DNA of 64,000 nucleotides from the NCBI GenBank assembly GCA_965248435.1, contig OZ252100.1, positions 1,152,001-1,216,000 of the forward strand, given 5' to 3'. Made by a program: the position numbers and the translations under genes. Source of the DNA: Candidatus Latescibacterota bacterium. GTDB lineage: Bacteria > Latescibacterota > UBA2968 > GCA-2709665. This document shows positions 1-9,908 of this stretch, one piece after another. Each line of letters opens with the position of its first letter. The stretch's first letter is position 1. A model generated the notes under the pieces. The model made no database searches, had not been told where the DNA came from, and worked only from the letters and a program-made list of their open reading frames with translations.

Positions 1-463
1 CCGCGACACGCTGACACTCTCCCCCAGAAAGCTCTGAAGGGAGGTGATCCATGCGTGCTTCAAGGCCCACCCGCTCCAGCAACTCAGCCCCGGGCCTGCG
101 GGCCTCGGACACACCCTGTCCCCGAATCAGCAGGGGCATCATCACGTTTTCCAGGGCGGTGAAATCGCTCAACAAATGGTGGAACTGAAAAACAAACCCG
201 ACATCCCGATTTCGAAACTGCGCCCTTTCACTCTCCGAGAGGGCGAATACGTCTGTCGAATCGATCCAAACCGAGCCCTCATTCGGGTGATCTAATCCGC
301 CCAGAATATGGAGAAGCGTACTCTTGCCTACCCCTGAGGGACCCACGACCGCCGCGATCTCCCCTCGAGACACCTGGAAATCGATTCCCCTCAGCACATC
401 AAGCTCGGTCTCTCCCGCGCGATAGGTCTTTACGATTCCCTCTGCCTTTAGGAGGCTATCCAT
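1..463 (-). CDS. lolD: Lipoprotein-releasing ABC transporter ATP-binding subunit (3' end runs off the window)
   Basis: Not in the ORF track. Manual translation from ATG 463 gives MDSLLKAEGIVKTYRAGETELDVLRGIDF...GPSGVGKSTLLHILGGLD...FVFQFHHLL. Start overlaps the lysS stop (TGATG). Confidence 0.88.
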   Translation of the reverse strand, partial: MDSLLKAEGIVKTYRAGETELDVLRGIDFQVSRGEIAAVVGPSGVGKSTLLHILGGLDHPNEGSVWIDSTDVFALSESERAQFRNRDVGFVFQFHHLLSDFTALENVMMPLLIRGQGVSEARRPGAELLERVGLEARMDHLPSELSGGECQRVA

Positions 464-1956
464 CAAGCCCCTTCCCGTGCCTCCTCGGGACGCATATGAG
501 GGAAAAGAATGACATCCCGAATCGACGGGGCGTCCGTCAACAACATCGTCAGTCGATCGATCCCTACCCCGAGTCCCCCCGTTGGAGGCATGCCATATTC
601 CAGGGCCCGAATGTAATCCTCGTCCAGAACCTGGGCCTCCTCATCCCCACCCTCCCTCAAAGCCATTTGATCCTCAAACCGGGTTCGTTGATCGAGGGGA
701 TCGTTCAGTTCAGAAAATGCGTTTCCTACTTCCCAACCACAAATAAACGGCTCGAATCGTTCGGCCAGTTCCGGATCTTTGCGGTGGCGTTTTGCGAGCG
801 GGGATAGCGCGACGGGATAATCCACGATAAACGTGGGCTGAATCAGATTGGGTTTGACACGCCCGTCAAAAATCTCATCGATCATCTGGCCTGCGTTCGC
901 ACCGGCCTCCACTTCGATTCCCAACTTCTCGCAGACTTTCTTGAGATCACTGGCCGAGGCGCCTTCGATGCCTACACCTCCGAAGGTCTCGATGGCTTCT
1001 TGCATCGTCATCCGCTTCCACGGCGGCGTGAGGTCGACTTCTTCACCCTGGTAGGAGATTTGGGTTGACCCGACCACATTTTCAGCCACGTGAGCGAACA
1101 ACGCCTCGGTGAGGCGCATCATGTCATTATAATCGGCATACGCCTGATAAAGCTCCAGCAGCGTAAACTCTGGATTATGAGACCGGTCGATCCCTTCGTT
1201 CCGAAAGACCTTGCTGAACTCGTAAACGCGTTCGAACCCGCCCACAATCAGGCGTTTCAGGTAAAGTTCGTTTGAAATCCTGAGATAAAGCCGCATGTCG
1301 AGGGCGTTGTGGTGCGTCACGAACGGCCGCGCGGAAGCCCCCCCGTAGAGCGGCTGCAAAACCGGCGTATCCAGTTCCAGGAATCCTTTTGCATCCAGGA
1401 AACTACGAATCGCCGAGATGATCGCACTCCGTCTTCGAAAGACCTCTCGGGTCTCCGGATTCAGTGCGAGATCCAGATAGCGACGTCGATACCTCAGCTC
1501 TTTGTCGCTGAAGGCATCGTGAACCACGCGCTCCTCGCCTCTCACCTCTTCTTTGGGGACGGGTAGCGGCCGGATCGCCTTGGCCAGAAGCTCCACTTGT
1601 CGGGCCTCCACGGTCATTTCGCCTGTCCGCGTGCGAAACAACCGCCCGGTGACGCCTATAAAATCGCCAATGTCAAAGAGCTTCCAGAGTTGAAACCCTT
1701 CCTCGCCGATCAACTCTGATTTGGCGTAGAGCTGAATTCGCCCTTCGTCATCCCGGAGGTCTGCAAAACCGGCTTTTCCGTGACCGCGAAGGGCGATTAA
1801 ACGACCCGCTAAGACAACCTCAGACTCAGATGCCTGGATCGTTTCGAAGTCGTCCCTGATTTCTCTGCAACTGTGCGTTTTCTGAAAACGATATGGATAG
1901 GGCGCAATGCCCATCCCCTGGATCTCCTCCAGCTTCTTCAGTCGCTGTGAGATCAA
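463..1956 (-). CDS. lysS: Lysine--tRNA ligase (class II); true start may lie upstream
   Basis: Motifs YRRRYLDL, GGASARPFVTHHNAL, FRNEGIDRSHNPEFT, EYGMPPTGGLGVGIDRL. Confidence 0.98.
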   Translation of the reverse strand: MISQRLKKLEEIQGMGIAPYPYRFQKTHSCREIRDDFETIQASESEVVLAGRLIALRGHGKAGFADLRDDEGRIQLYAKSELIGEEGFQLWKLFDIGDFIGVTGRLFRTRTGEMTVEARQVELLAKAIRPLPVPKEEVRGEERVVHDAFSDKELRYRRRYLDLALNPETREVFRRRSAIISAIRSFLDAKGFLELDTPVLQPLYGGASARPFVTHHNALDMRLYLRISNELYLKRLIVGGFERVYEFSKVFRNEGIDRSHNPEFTLLELYQAYADYNDMMRLTEALFAHVAENVVGSTQISYQGEEVDLTPPWKRMTMQEAIETFGGVGIEGASASDLKKVCEKLGIEVEAGANAGQMIDEIFDGRVKPNLIQPTFIVDYPVALSPLAKRHRKDPELAERFEPFICGWEVGNAFSELNDPLDQRTRFEDQMALREGGDEEAQVLDEDYIRALEYGMPPTGGLGVGIDRLTMLLTDAPSIRDVILFPHMRPEEAREGA

Positions 1957-2073
1957 CTGATGCTCAGGAGTGGACCGCCCCTCCTCACCCGGGTGCGCAT
2001 CCTTTGTTCTGTTTTGGGGACCCTCTTTTGCTCGTAACTTGCTGATTTTTATCGGCTCCAGATAACTAAATGT

Positions 2074-2102
2074 AGTATAACCAATATGATTTTACATGTC
2101 AA
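2074..2102 (-). promoter_or_regulatory. Sigma70 promoter for lysS
   Basis: TTGACA (2102-2097), 17 bp spacer, TATACT (2079-2074). Confidence 0.8.
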
Positions 2103-3236
2103 GCGCTTTGCCCGGAACGGGTCTTTCCGCCACCCTCACTCAAAAAAGCGGTGATGAAGTCGTCGATGTTGCCGTCCAAAACGGCCTGCACATTAGAAGT
2201 CTCAACGCCGGTTCGAAGGTCCTTGACCATCTGATAGGGCTGGAACACGTAGCTTCGAATCTGACTTCCCCATTCGATCTTCTTCTTTCCACTTTCGAGG
2301 ACCGCGCGCTTCTCTTCCTCTTTTTCCTTGAGATGCTGGTAGAGGCGGGCCTTCAGGATTTTCATCGCGGAGCTTTTGTTCTTGTGCTGTGACCGTTCGT
2401 TCTGGCACTGGACAACGATTCCAGTAGGTTCGTGGGTGATTCGCACGGCCGAATCGGTCTTGTTCACGTGCTGCCCCCCTGCGCCGCCGGAGCGGTACGT
2501 ATCGACCCGTATTTCCTCTGGCTTGATCTCCACCTCGATGTCACCTACGGCCTCAGGGTAGACAAAAACAGACGCGAATGAGGTATGCCGTCGGCTGTTG
2601 GAGTCGAACGGGGAGATGCGGACCAACCGATGCACGCCAACCTCCGCTTTCAGATATCCAAACGCGTACTCACCCTTTACTTCTATCGTCGCGCTCTTGA
2701 TCCCCGCCGTCTCACCTGGCTGCATGTCCAACACCTCCGTCTGGAATCCGCGCCGCTCGGTCCAACGAAGGTACATGCGCACCAGAATCTGCGCCCAATC
2801 TGCCGATTCGGTCCCTCCCGCACCAGGATGGATCGTCAAGATGGCGTCGAGACGGTCCTCCTTCCGTCCCAGCATGTGACGGAGTTCGAGGTCCTCCAGG
2901 GAACCGTCAAGTTGTCCGAGTTCAGTCGCAACTTCACGGAGGGTCCCCTCGTCCTCTTCTTCTTCGGCCAGCAATTGAAGCTCGTGGAGGTCACTCAGTC
3001 GTTCGTCCAGGCCATTCCACCCGTCGACCCAATCCTTCTCGAGTTTCACTTCCTCCATAATCTTCCTGGCCTGCTCCTGATCGTTCCAGAAGTCCGGATG
3101 TTCCATCTTCTTCTCAAGTTCTGAAATCCGGACCGCTCTTGCTTTCAGGTCAAAGATGCCTCCCGAGCGTATCGAGCCGCTCCCTGCTTTCTTCCAGTCC
3201 GGATCTGACCTCAGCGCTTTGGAATTCCTGTGGCAT
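2099..3236 (-). CDS. prfB: Peptide chain release factor 2, expressed by programmed +1 frameshift
   Basis: GGQ and SPF motifs. Upstream frame runs from ATG 3236 (after AAGGAG) for 28 codons to CTT TGA C. Confidence 0.97.
3149..3164 (-). promoter_or_regulatory. prfB +1 frameshift site
   Basis: Minus strand reads GGGAGG CAT CTT TGA C: internal SD, slippery codon and stop. Confidence 0.95.
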
Positions 3237-3274
3237 GCTGGCTACTCCTTTCGGCTCTCACACAAAACCCGCTA

Positions 3275-3380
3275 TGCACGACCACGGACGGCGGACCACG
3301 GACCGCTCAAACCTGGTGGGTCCAGCGCGTTCAATCAGGCGGTCTGCCGTCCGTCCCCTCGGCTTCGCTCGGGGCAGGCA
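3275..3380. repeat. Heptamer-based/REP-like repeat overlapping the lolA 3' end
   Basis: TGCACGACCACGGACGGCGGACCACGGACCGCT (3275-3307) recurs at 15528-15560 with 2 mismatches. A CCCTCGGCTTCGCTCGGGG palindrome follows. Confidence 0.65.
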
Positions 3381-4053
3381 TCCGCGGTCTGCTTCTTAGA
3401 TCAACGACCTCCACACCTTTGGGCACCTCGAATGTGAACAGATCCACATCCAGATCCTCGTTCGTCTTCAGATCAGTCAGCGTGTGGCTGGTAATATCGT
3501 CATTTATGTTCCGATATTCAACCTTCCGTACCAGCCAGAGACTTCGATCCACCCAGATGCGAATGTGGGAGATGTAGGCCTCTTCCTCTTTGGCAACGAG
3601 CTCCACGAGGTGACACCGTTTTCTACTGATTCGCTCCTCTTTGATGTAATGAGGGTTGAATCTCTCGGTATATCCCCCCAATAAGATCAAGTCGAAGAGC
3701 AGCTTTTCGTAACTTCGATCCGACTGGGCGGCCTCGTAGCTGGTGATGATCACCTGACCATTGTCGGGGGCATAGTTCCAGGCCGTCTTACCGTCCGTAA
3801 CCACCGTCTGGATCGGCGTTTCTAAACGGAAACGGTGCTGCTTCTCTACGTAGAGACGCCCCTTGATTTCCTGCGTCTGCCCGACCAGCTTCCAGTAATG
3901 CCGCTTTTCGAAACGCGCGGTAATGCTTTCCAAATCGCCGAACCGATCCTGAAGTCGGCGGATGACGTCCCGGCCCTCGATACCCCACGCCATCCCTTGC
4001 GGAAAGAGTGTTGCGACGAGAATAGGAAGGAGGGCAGCGACTGTCTTCTTCAT
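3331..4053 (-). CDS. lolA: Outer membrane lipoprotein carrier protein LolA
   Basis: Signal peptide, VVTDGKTAWNY and FTFEVPKGVEVVD motifs; lies downstream of ftsK. Confidence 0.85.
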   Translation of the reverse strand: MKKTVAALLPILVATLFPQGMAWGIEGRDVIRRLQDRFGDLESITARFEKRHYWKLVGQTQEIKGRLYVEKQHRFRLETPIQTVVTDGKTAWNYAPDNGQVIITSYEAAQSDRSYEKLLFDLILLGGYTERFNPHYIKEERISRKRCHLVELVAKEEEAYISHIRIWVDRSLWLVRKVEYRNINDDITSHTLTDLKTNEDLDVDLFTFEVPKGVEVVDLRSRPRMPAPSEAEGTDGRPPD

Positions 4054-4085
4054 AAGTCAGCCTACAAATCAATAATCAACATCCC

Positions 4086-5134
4086 GAGTTCAATAAGGAA
4101 GTGCAACACTTAGGGTAGCAACTGTCCTATCCTAAGTGTATGGGAAACAATTACAAGCATCTTACGATAGACGAACGCGAGCTGATTGCGCTTTGTCGAG
4201 CCGCTGGTGCAAGCCTTAGAGATATTGCCAAGGCCCTTGACCGGAGCGCCAGCACGATTCCAAGAGAGTTGAAACGTAATCCGTCCCCGATAGCTGAGAG
4301 TTACTCGGGCCTCCAGGCTCACAGAAGGGCTGAGAAACGTAAGCGGGAGGCCGGCAAGCGGAAACGGCTGAAGAATCCGGTTATCCGGCGATATGTCGAG
4401 ACCAAACTCAAGCAAGGATGGTCTCCCGAGTTGATCGCTGGGAGGCTTCCCGAGGAGCGTCCGAGCGCGGGTATCAGCCACGAAGCCATCTATCAGTATA
4501 TCTACGATCCAAAGGTGCGCAAGCAGCGGGATCTGGTTGCTTGCTTATCCCGAGCTCACAAAAAACGAAAGCCGCGGTGGCATACCCGAAAACACCGGGA
4601 AAGCCACATTCCAGGCCGTATTTCGATCGATCGACGTCCCCGTTACATCGAAAAACGGAAACAACCTGGCCACTGGGAATCCGACACCATCATCTCTCGA
4701 GAGAGCAAACAGGCCGTTGGCGCTTGTCTTGAGCGATCGTCGAGATACCTACACCTGGCTAAGCTGGCAAAGAACGGACCCTCGGAGGTCGCCGAAGCGA
4801 TTAATCGACGCCTTGGGCGACATCCTCCCCACATGAGGAAGAGCATCACATATGACAACGGATCCGAAAACGGCCAACATCAACGGGTCAACGAGGCCCT
4901 TGGCACCAAATCCTATTTCTGCAAACCGTTTCACAGCTGGGAGCGAGGCGCTGTGGAAAACGCTATCGGTCTGGTCCGCAGATACCTCCTCAAGAAGACA
5001 GACTTCTCAAAGGTCAGCAAACACGAGTTAAAGAAAATTCAGAACCGGATCAACAACCGACCAAGAAAATGTCTTAACTTCAAAACACCAGCTGAAGTCT
5101 TCAAGTCCAAGTGTTGCACTTAGTCATTGAATCC
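4086..5134 (+). mobile_element. IS30-family insertion sequence
   Basis: Imperfect 26-bp terminal inverted repeats (4086-4111 and 5109-5134) with a perfect AAGTGCAACACTT core, flanking the transposase. Confidence 0.9.
4140..5123 (+). CDS. IS30-family DDE transposase
   Basis: N-terminal HTH, GHWESDT, ITYDNGSE, PFHSWERGAVEN, NNRPRKCLNFKTP. Confidence 0.95.
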   Translation: MGNNYKHLTIDERELIALCRAAGASLRDIAKALDRSASTIPRELKRNPSPIAESYSGLQAHRRAEKRKREAGKRKRLKNPVIRRYVETKLKQGWSPELIAGRLPEERPSAGISHEAIYQYIYDPKVRKQRDLVACLSRAHKKRKPRWHTRKHRESHIPGRISIDRRPRYIEKRKQPGHWESDTIISRESKQAVGACLERSSRYLHLAKLAKNGPSEVAEAINRRLGRHPPHMRKSITYDNGSENGQHQRVNEALGTKSYFCKPFHSWERGAVENAIGLVRRYLLKKTDFSKVSKHELKKIQNRINNRPRKCLNFKTPAEVFKSKCCT

Positions 5135-5138
5135 AGCC

Positions 5139-5247
5139 ATCCAATACACAATATCCAATAATCAAGGGCGAGGATAGTCGTGCCACAGCCGGCCGGAGCT
5201 TTTGCCCTTGGATGTTGGGTGTTGGATATTGGGTATCTTGGTTTCCA
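5139..5247. repeat. Inverted heptamer-repeat palindrome
   Basis: ATCCAATACACAATATCCAATAATCAAGG faces CCTTGGATGTTGGGTGTTGGATATTGG. Related units (AATAATCAACATCC) sit on the left of the IS. Confidence 0.55.
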
Positions 5248-5411
5248 CTTTTGTCAGGCGTCAAGCAGGTAGTTCTCGCTGTCCCTGACGCTTCGATACA
5301 CGGCGCGCTATTCATTAACCTCAGGACGCCACACTCAGGGATTCCAAAGGATCTGCCTTCGGCTCCGCAATCGTAAGCCCGCAATCCGAAATTGAACGGC
5401 GATCGACGGAT

Positions 5412-7781
5412 CTATTGCGTCTCCAACTTCTCCAGATAGTCTTCACTGACGAGGATGTCTCGTGACCGGCTGCTTCCATCGCCGGTGCTCACGATCCCCG
5501 CGGCTTCGAGTTCGTCTATCAGACGCGCAGCCCTGGCATAACCCACCTTCATCCTGCGCTGCAGCAGGGAGGCGGAGCCCTGCTGGTGTGTGACCACCAA
5601 GCGCAGCGCCTCATCAAACCGTTCATCTCGACTTACGTCCGGCTTGCCCAAGTCAGACATCTGAGTTCCGAAATCGATCGCCTCAACCTCGAAATCCTGA
5701 TCCTTCACACAGGCGACCAGACGCTCCGTTTCCTCCGTGGAAATGTAGGCCCCGTGAACCCTCAGGGGTTCGGGCCTTCCAGAAGGCAAAAAGAGCATAT
5801 CGCCCTGGCCGAGCAGCTTCTCGGCGCCGTTGACATCCAGTATCGTCCGGGAATCCACTTTGGTCGCCACCCGGAAGGCGATGCGGGAAGGAAAATTCGC
5901 TTTGATCGTCCCGGTAATCACATTTACGGATGGCCGCTGGGTCGCAAGAATGAGGTGGATGCCTACAGCCCTGGCCATCTGGGCGAGCCGCGCGAGTGAA
6001 TCCTCGATGTCCGCCGGGGCGGTCATCATCAGGTCAGCCAGCTCATCGATCACGATCACAATATAGGGGAGCAGCTCCGGCACCTCTTCCCGGTCTTCGT
6101 CCGTCTCTGCTTCGCGCCGAATCCTCTCCAGCTTCGCATTGAAGTCATCTATGTTCCGAACCCCGTATCGGGCGAGCATCCGGTAGCGAATCTCCATTTC
6201 GGTCACGGCCCACTTGAGGGCCTCGGCCGCGATCTTCGGCTCGGTCAGGACCGGGGCAAGGAGGTGGGGAATATCATCATAGACCGAGAGCTCCAACATT
6301 TTCGGATCGACCATGAGAAATCGGACCTCTTTCGGTGACCGCCGAAACAGGATGCTCGATACGAGCGCGTTCATGCAGACAGACTTCCCACTGCCCGTCG
6401 CGCCCGCGATCAGCAGGTGTGGCATCGCCGTCAAATCTGCGACAAACGGCTCACCCGTAGCCGTCTTTCCGAGAGCAATCGTCAACCCCTTGGTCGCTTC
6501 CTTGAACGCGCCGGTACTCAGAACCTCCTTCAGGTAGACCGTGGAAGGCCTCCGATTCGGCACCTCGACGCCTACCGCAGCCTTACCCGGAATGGGCGCC
6601 TGGATCCGAATGCGCCGCGCTTTCATCACGAGCGCAAGATCATCCGCCAGGTTGACGATCCGGTTGACCTTGACGCCCGCAGGCGGCTCCACCTCAAAGG
6701 TCGTGATCACCGGCCCCGGGTTGATCTGTAGGACCCTTCCTTCGATTCCGAAGCTGGCTAGACTGCGCTCCAAAATCTTACCCGATTCGATCAGGTGATC
6801 CCGGTCGACACGGTCGTCGGTGATCAGCGGATCGTCCAGCAGGCTTAGGTCGGGAAGCGAGTAGTCCCCGTCTTTCCCGAGCAGGCTCCTTGAAGCCACC
6901 TTCTTAACGGGCTGTTCAACCGCCGGGGTAAAGACCACAGGCTGTTCTCCGTTCTGCTTCACCGGGTCTGGGGGAATGTCGGTCTGCAAACCCGTTTCCA
7001 GGTCCCCATAGGAAGCTGGAGCCGGTGGATCATTCGCGAGTGCGGGCAGTTCAGGCTCCGCGACGACCTCCTTGACTTGCGCCTTTTTCGCGCGGCGTCT
7101 CCGCTTCAGGCTTTCCCAGCTTCTCCACAGATTAGCCGGGATATGCGCTGCCGACCGTCCCAGGGCGGCAAACGATCTTCCGAGACTTGTAGCCCAGGTC
7201 AGGAGCCTTCCCCCCGCCTCGAGCAGCAGATCGGGAATCCGGCTGAACGGGATATGGGTGGCCAGCATCATCACCACGACAGCGGCAGTCCCCAGGCAGA
7301 CGTAGGACCCGATCTTCCCCAAATAGGGCACCAGGACCGTGGAGGAAAGTGTAACCCCGAGCCACCCGCCCAACCGAAACGACTCGTAAGACTTTCCACG
7401 AGACGGAATCCCGGTCGCGCCGCAGTAGATCACCATCATGCTCAGCATGGCAGCGCTCTTTCCCGCGAGGGGCAGGACAGCCGCTTGCCTGAATCGATTC
7501 CATCCCCAGAGGAAGACAAGCAGGGTCAAGACGTAAGCCCCCTGCCCGATCAGGAAGAGGATGTAATACGAAAAATGGGCGCCCACCCACCCTGCCAGGT
7601 TAACGGCCAGTTCTGGCGGACGGCTCGAATTGGGCGGATCTTCCGGTGCTTGAGAAACGAGACTGACAACCATCAGCACCGCCAAACCAATCAGGAGCAC
7701 GCCCATAATCTGGGTGAACAGCTCCGATGTGTAGCGCTTCTCCTTCGGCACGAGTTTCGATCTTTTGTTCATCTCACCCAC
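5412..7781 (-). CDS. ftsK: DNA translocase FtsK
   Basis: 4TM N-terminus, PHLLIAGATGSGKS, IDELADLMM, ATQRPSV, gamma domain. Confidence 0.97.
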   Translation of the reverse strand: MGEMNKRSKLVPKEKRYTSELFTQIMGVLLIGLAVLMVVSLVSQAPEDPPNSSRPPELAVNLAGWVGAHFSYYILFLIGQGAYVLTLLVFLWGWNRFRQAAVLPLAGKSAAMLSMMVIYCGATGIPSRGKSYESFRLGGWLGVTLSSTVLVPYLGKIGSYVCLGTAAVVVMMLATHIPFSRIPDLLLEAGGRLLTWATSLGRSFAALGRSAAHIPANLWRSWESLKRRRRAKKAQVKEVVAEPELPALANDPPAPASYGDLETGLQTDIPPDPVKQNGEQPVVFTPAVEQPVKKVASRSLLGKDGDYSLPDLSLLDDPLITDDRVDRDHLIESGKILERSLASFGIEGRVLQINPGPVITTFEVEPPAGVKVNRIVNLADDLALVMKARRIRIQAPIPGKAAVGVEVPNRRPSTVYLKEVLSTGAFKEATKGLTIALGKTATGEPFVADLTAMPHLLIAGATGSGKSVCMNALVSSILFRRSPKEVRFLMVDPKMLELSVYDDIPHLLAPVLTEPKIAAEALKWAVTEMEIRYRMLARYGVRNIDDFNAKLERIRREAETDEDREEVPELLPYIVIVIDELADLMMTAPADIEDSLARLAQMARAVGIHLILATQRPSVNVITGTIKANFPSRIAFRVATKVDSRTILDVNGAEKLLGQGDMLFLPSGRPEPLRVHGAYISTEETERLVACVKDQDFEVEAIDFGTQMSDLGKPDVSRDERFDEALRLVVTHQQGSASLLQRRMKVGYARAARLIDELEAAGIVSTGDGSSRSRDILVSEDYLEKLETQ

Positions 7782-7981
7782 CTGTACAGATTCTCAAAGG
7801 GGAGAGCAATCAGGAGATCGTGAAGACCGGGTACCGGGAAAACAAAACACGGGGACCGGGTACCGTAAAGTCCGTGGATCGTGGATCGGAAAAACCCTTG
7901 CCAAATGCCTGGCGATGTGCACAGGCCTGGGGAAGCCTGAGCAACGCGCAGCGTCAACCAACGAGATACGAGATACGGGGT

Positions 7982-9685
7982 TTATAGGCCTTTCGCCATC
8001 ACAACAGGTGTTCGCGTCCGATGAATCCGTCCGTCCGGGTCAAGGGCTTCCATGTATAGAATGTATATACCCGGTTTGAGCTTCGATCCACGCTCCCCCA
8101 ACCCGTCCCAGACCACAAGACGCTGCGCGCCGCCCGGCTCTCCATTCAGCAGGGCCCTGACGCGTCGCCCGAGGCGGTCGTAGACCCAGAGATTCACGGA
8201 CGCCCTCGGTGTGGGAACCTGATAGGTAATCTCCACGCGGTCGCGAAAGGGATTGGGTGAGACCGAGAGCATCACCGCTTCGGAAAGCTCGCTCACGGAA
8301 ACGCTGTTGGGACGTCCCGGCGTCGCGCCGACCCCGTCCGTGCTGAAGAGCCAGTTTTCTGGCGCTCTGCTGGGTCCGTCCGGATCGATTCGCTCCAGAG
8401 ATCGGCCCTGCGTCTGGGACGCATCAGCTCCGTCATAAGTGGCACTGTCGACGACAGACCCGACGCCGTCCTTAATTACAACAGCATCTCCGCTGTCGTT
8501 CAACCGGGGCCACTTTTTAGGTTCCAGCAGGGTGGCCTCCAGCCCTGGATACACCTTTGACATCTCGTCGGCGTCTTCAGTGATCACAACATATTCAGCA
8601 GGTGCAAGCCTCAGCGAGGATTCGGCCGGCAGTTCGACGGGATCCGGACGGCGATCCTGAATCTGCCAGCCAAGGATATCCACAGAGGTTTCAGACCGGT
8701 TGAAAATCTCGATCCACTCCGGCTGGTCAGACTGCGGAGAAAACATCACTTCGTTCACGACGACCTGTCGTGGCTGCGCCCCGACGATCACGTACCTTGA
8801 ATACCGGTTGTTGGACCTGTCCTGGTCTGCGGGAAAGATCACCTCAGCCGATACCTCGTGGTGCCCCTGCTCGAGAGCTCCCACCTCAACGAACTTCGGG
8901 ATCGAGCCGCCCGCTTCGAGGAACTCGATCTCCTCTCCAAAAATCAGCCCCGGCCCCGATGCCGACACCTCTACGCTAAACGGCCCCGCGTCACGGACGC
9001 CCTCGTTGACGATCCTGAACTCGAACGTAAGGGTCTCACCTGAGACGACCTTCAAAGGGGTTCCAGAATCTCCTGCAACGGCGAGATCATTCGCTTTCTG
9101 ACTCACGCTGTTCGTTCGCCCCGGCGTGCCACCCACCCACCGTGAATCGGTCCAATTACCCGGGAGGTCGTCTCCCATCGGGTCGATCTTCTCCTCCGAG
9201 AACCCCGGAGCGTTTCCCAGTTCATACCGCATCGCGGCTATCGTGTCACCCGCAGAAGAGACCAGCACGATCTGTTCGGGTTTCGAATTACTCAACCCCC
9301 CTTTGCCCAGCGTCGCATCCGCTACGGTCAGGACCAAAGCGCCCTCCGGCAGCGGGTCGTAGGTGGATGAGTGCTCGAAGTGGCCCGAGTCCAGAATGAG
9401 TCCAAAGCTACCCGGCTCCAACACTGTCCCGCCTTCGTGGGCGAGGATCTCGTCTGCCTCTTCGGCATCCCCGATGCGCCAACCCCGGAGATCCAGGGAC
9501 TGATCGGAGAGATTCTGAATTTCGATAAACTCATCGTAGAATTCGCTTCCGGACGGGTCGAACATCACCTCGCTGATAATGATCTGTGCCGAAGCTTGAG
9601 CCGGCCACGAAACCGCTGCATAGATAAGCCAAGTAGCTATTCCCCTGGCCAGGCCCGCCCCCTCGATACACGGCGGCTGACGCAA
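7982..9685 (-). CDS. Secreted lamin-tail-domain protein with C-terminal FlgD/T9SS-like sorting domain
   Basis: Two ISEVMF/VNEVMF...E(F/W)IEI.N...GTPGR.NS domains and a C-terminal SPNPF...WDG...PGIYI. Confidence 0.8.
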   Translation of the reverse strand: MRQPPCIEGAGLARGIATWLIYAAVSWPAQASAQIIISEVMFDPSGSEFYDEFIEIQNLSDQSLDLRGWRIGDAEEADEILAHEGGTVLEPGSFGLILDSGHFEHSSTYDPLPEGALVLTVADATLGKGGLSNSKPEQIVLVSSAGDTIAAMRYELGNAPGFSEEKIDPMGDDLPGNWTDSRWVGGTPGRTNSVSQKANDLAVAGDSGTPLKVVSGETLTFEFRIVNEGVRDAGPFSVEVSASGPGLIFGEEIEFLEAGGSIPKFVEVGALEQGHHEVSAEVIFPADQDRSNNRYSRYVIVGAQPRQVVVNEVMFSPQSDQPEWIEIFNRSETSVDILGWQIQDRRPDPVELPAESSLRLAPAEYVVITEDADEMSKVYPGLEATLLEPKKWPRLNDSGDAVVIKDGVGSVVDSATYDGADASQTQGRSLERIDPDGPSRAPENWLFSTDGVGATPGRPNSVSVSELSEAVMLSVSPNPFRDRVEITYQVPTPRASVNLWVYDRLGRRVRALLNGEPGGAQRLVVWDGLGERGSKLKPGIYILYMEALDPDGRIHRTRTPVVMAKGL

Positions 9686-9908
9686 AGAGGCACCACGCGC
9701 CGCACTCGGGGATTCGGGGCTTGTAGATTTGGGGTGGTCTACCGGTTCATTCGATTCTGAAATCTAAAACTCCAATCCACAGTCTTCTACAGTAGCCAGG
9801 TTTCTTCGTGCCCTTCGTGCTTCTTCGTTCCGTTTCGTGATCAGCTTTTGCGAACGACGATCCTGTCGTGTCCTAAAGGACACGACGCACGATCGACGAT
9901 CGACGGCC

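Noticed and set aside
44-295. Plus-strand 83-aa ORF
   Set aside because: Antisense shadow of lolD.
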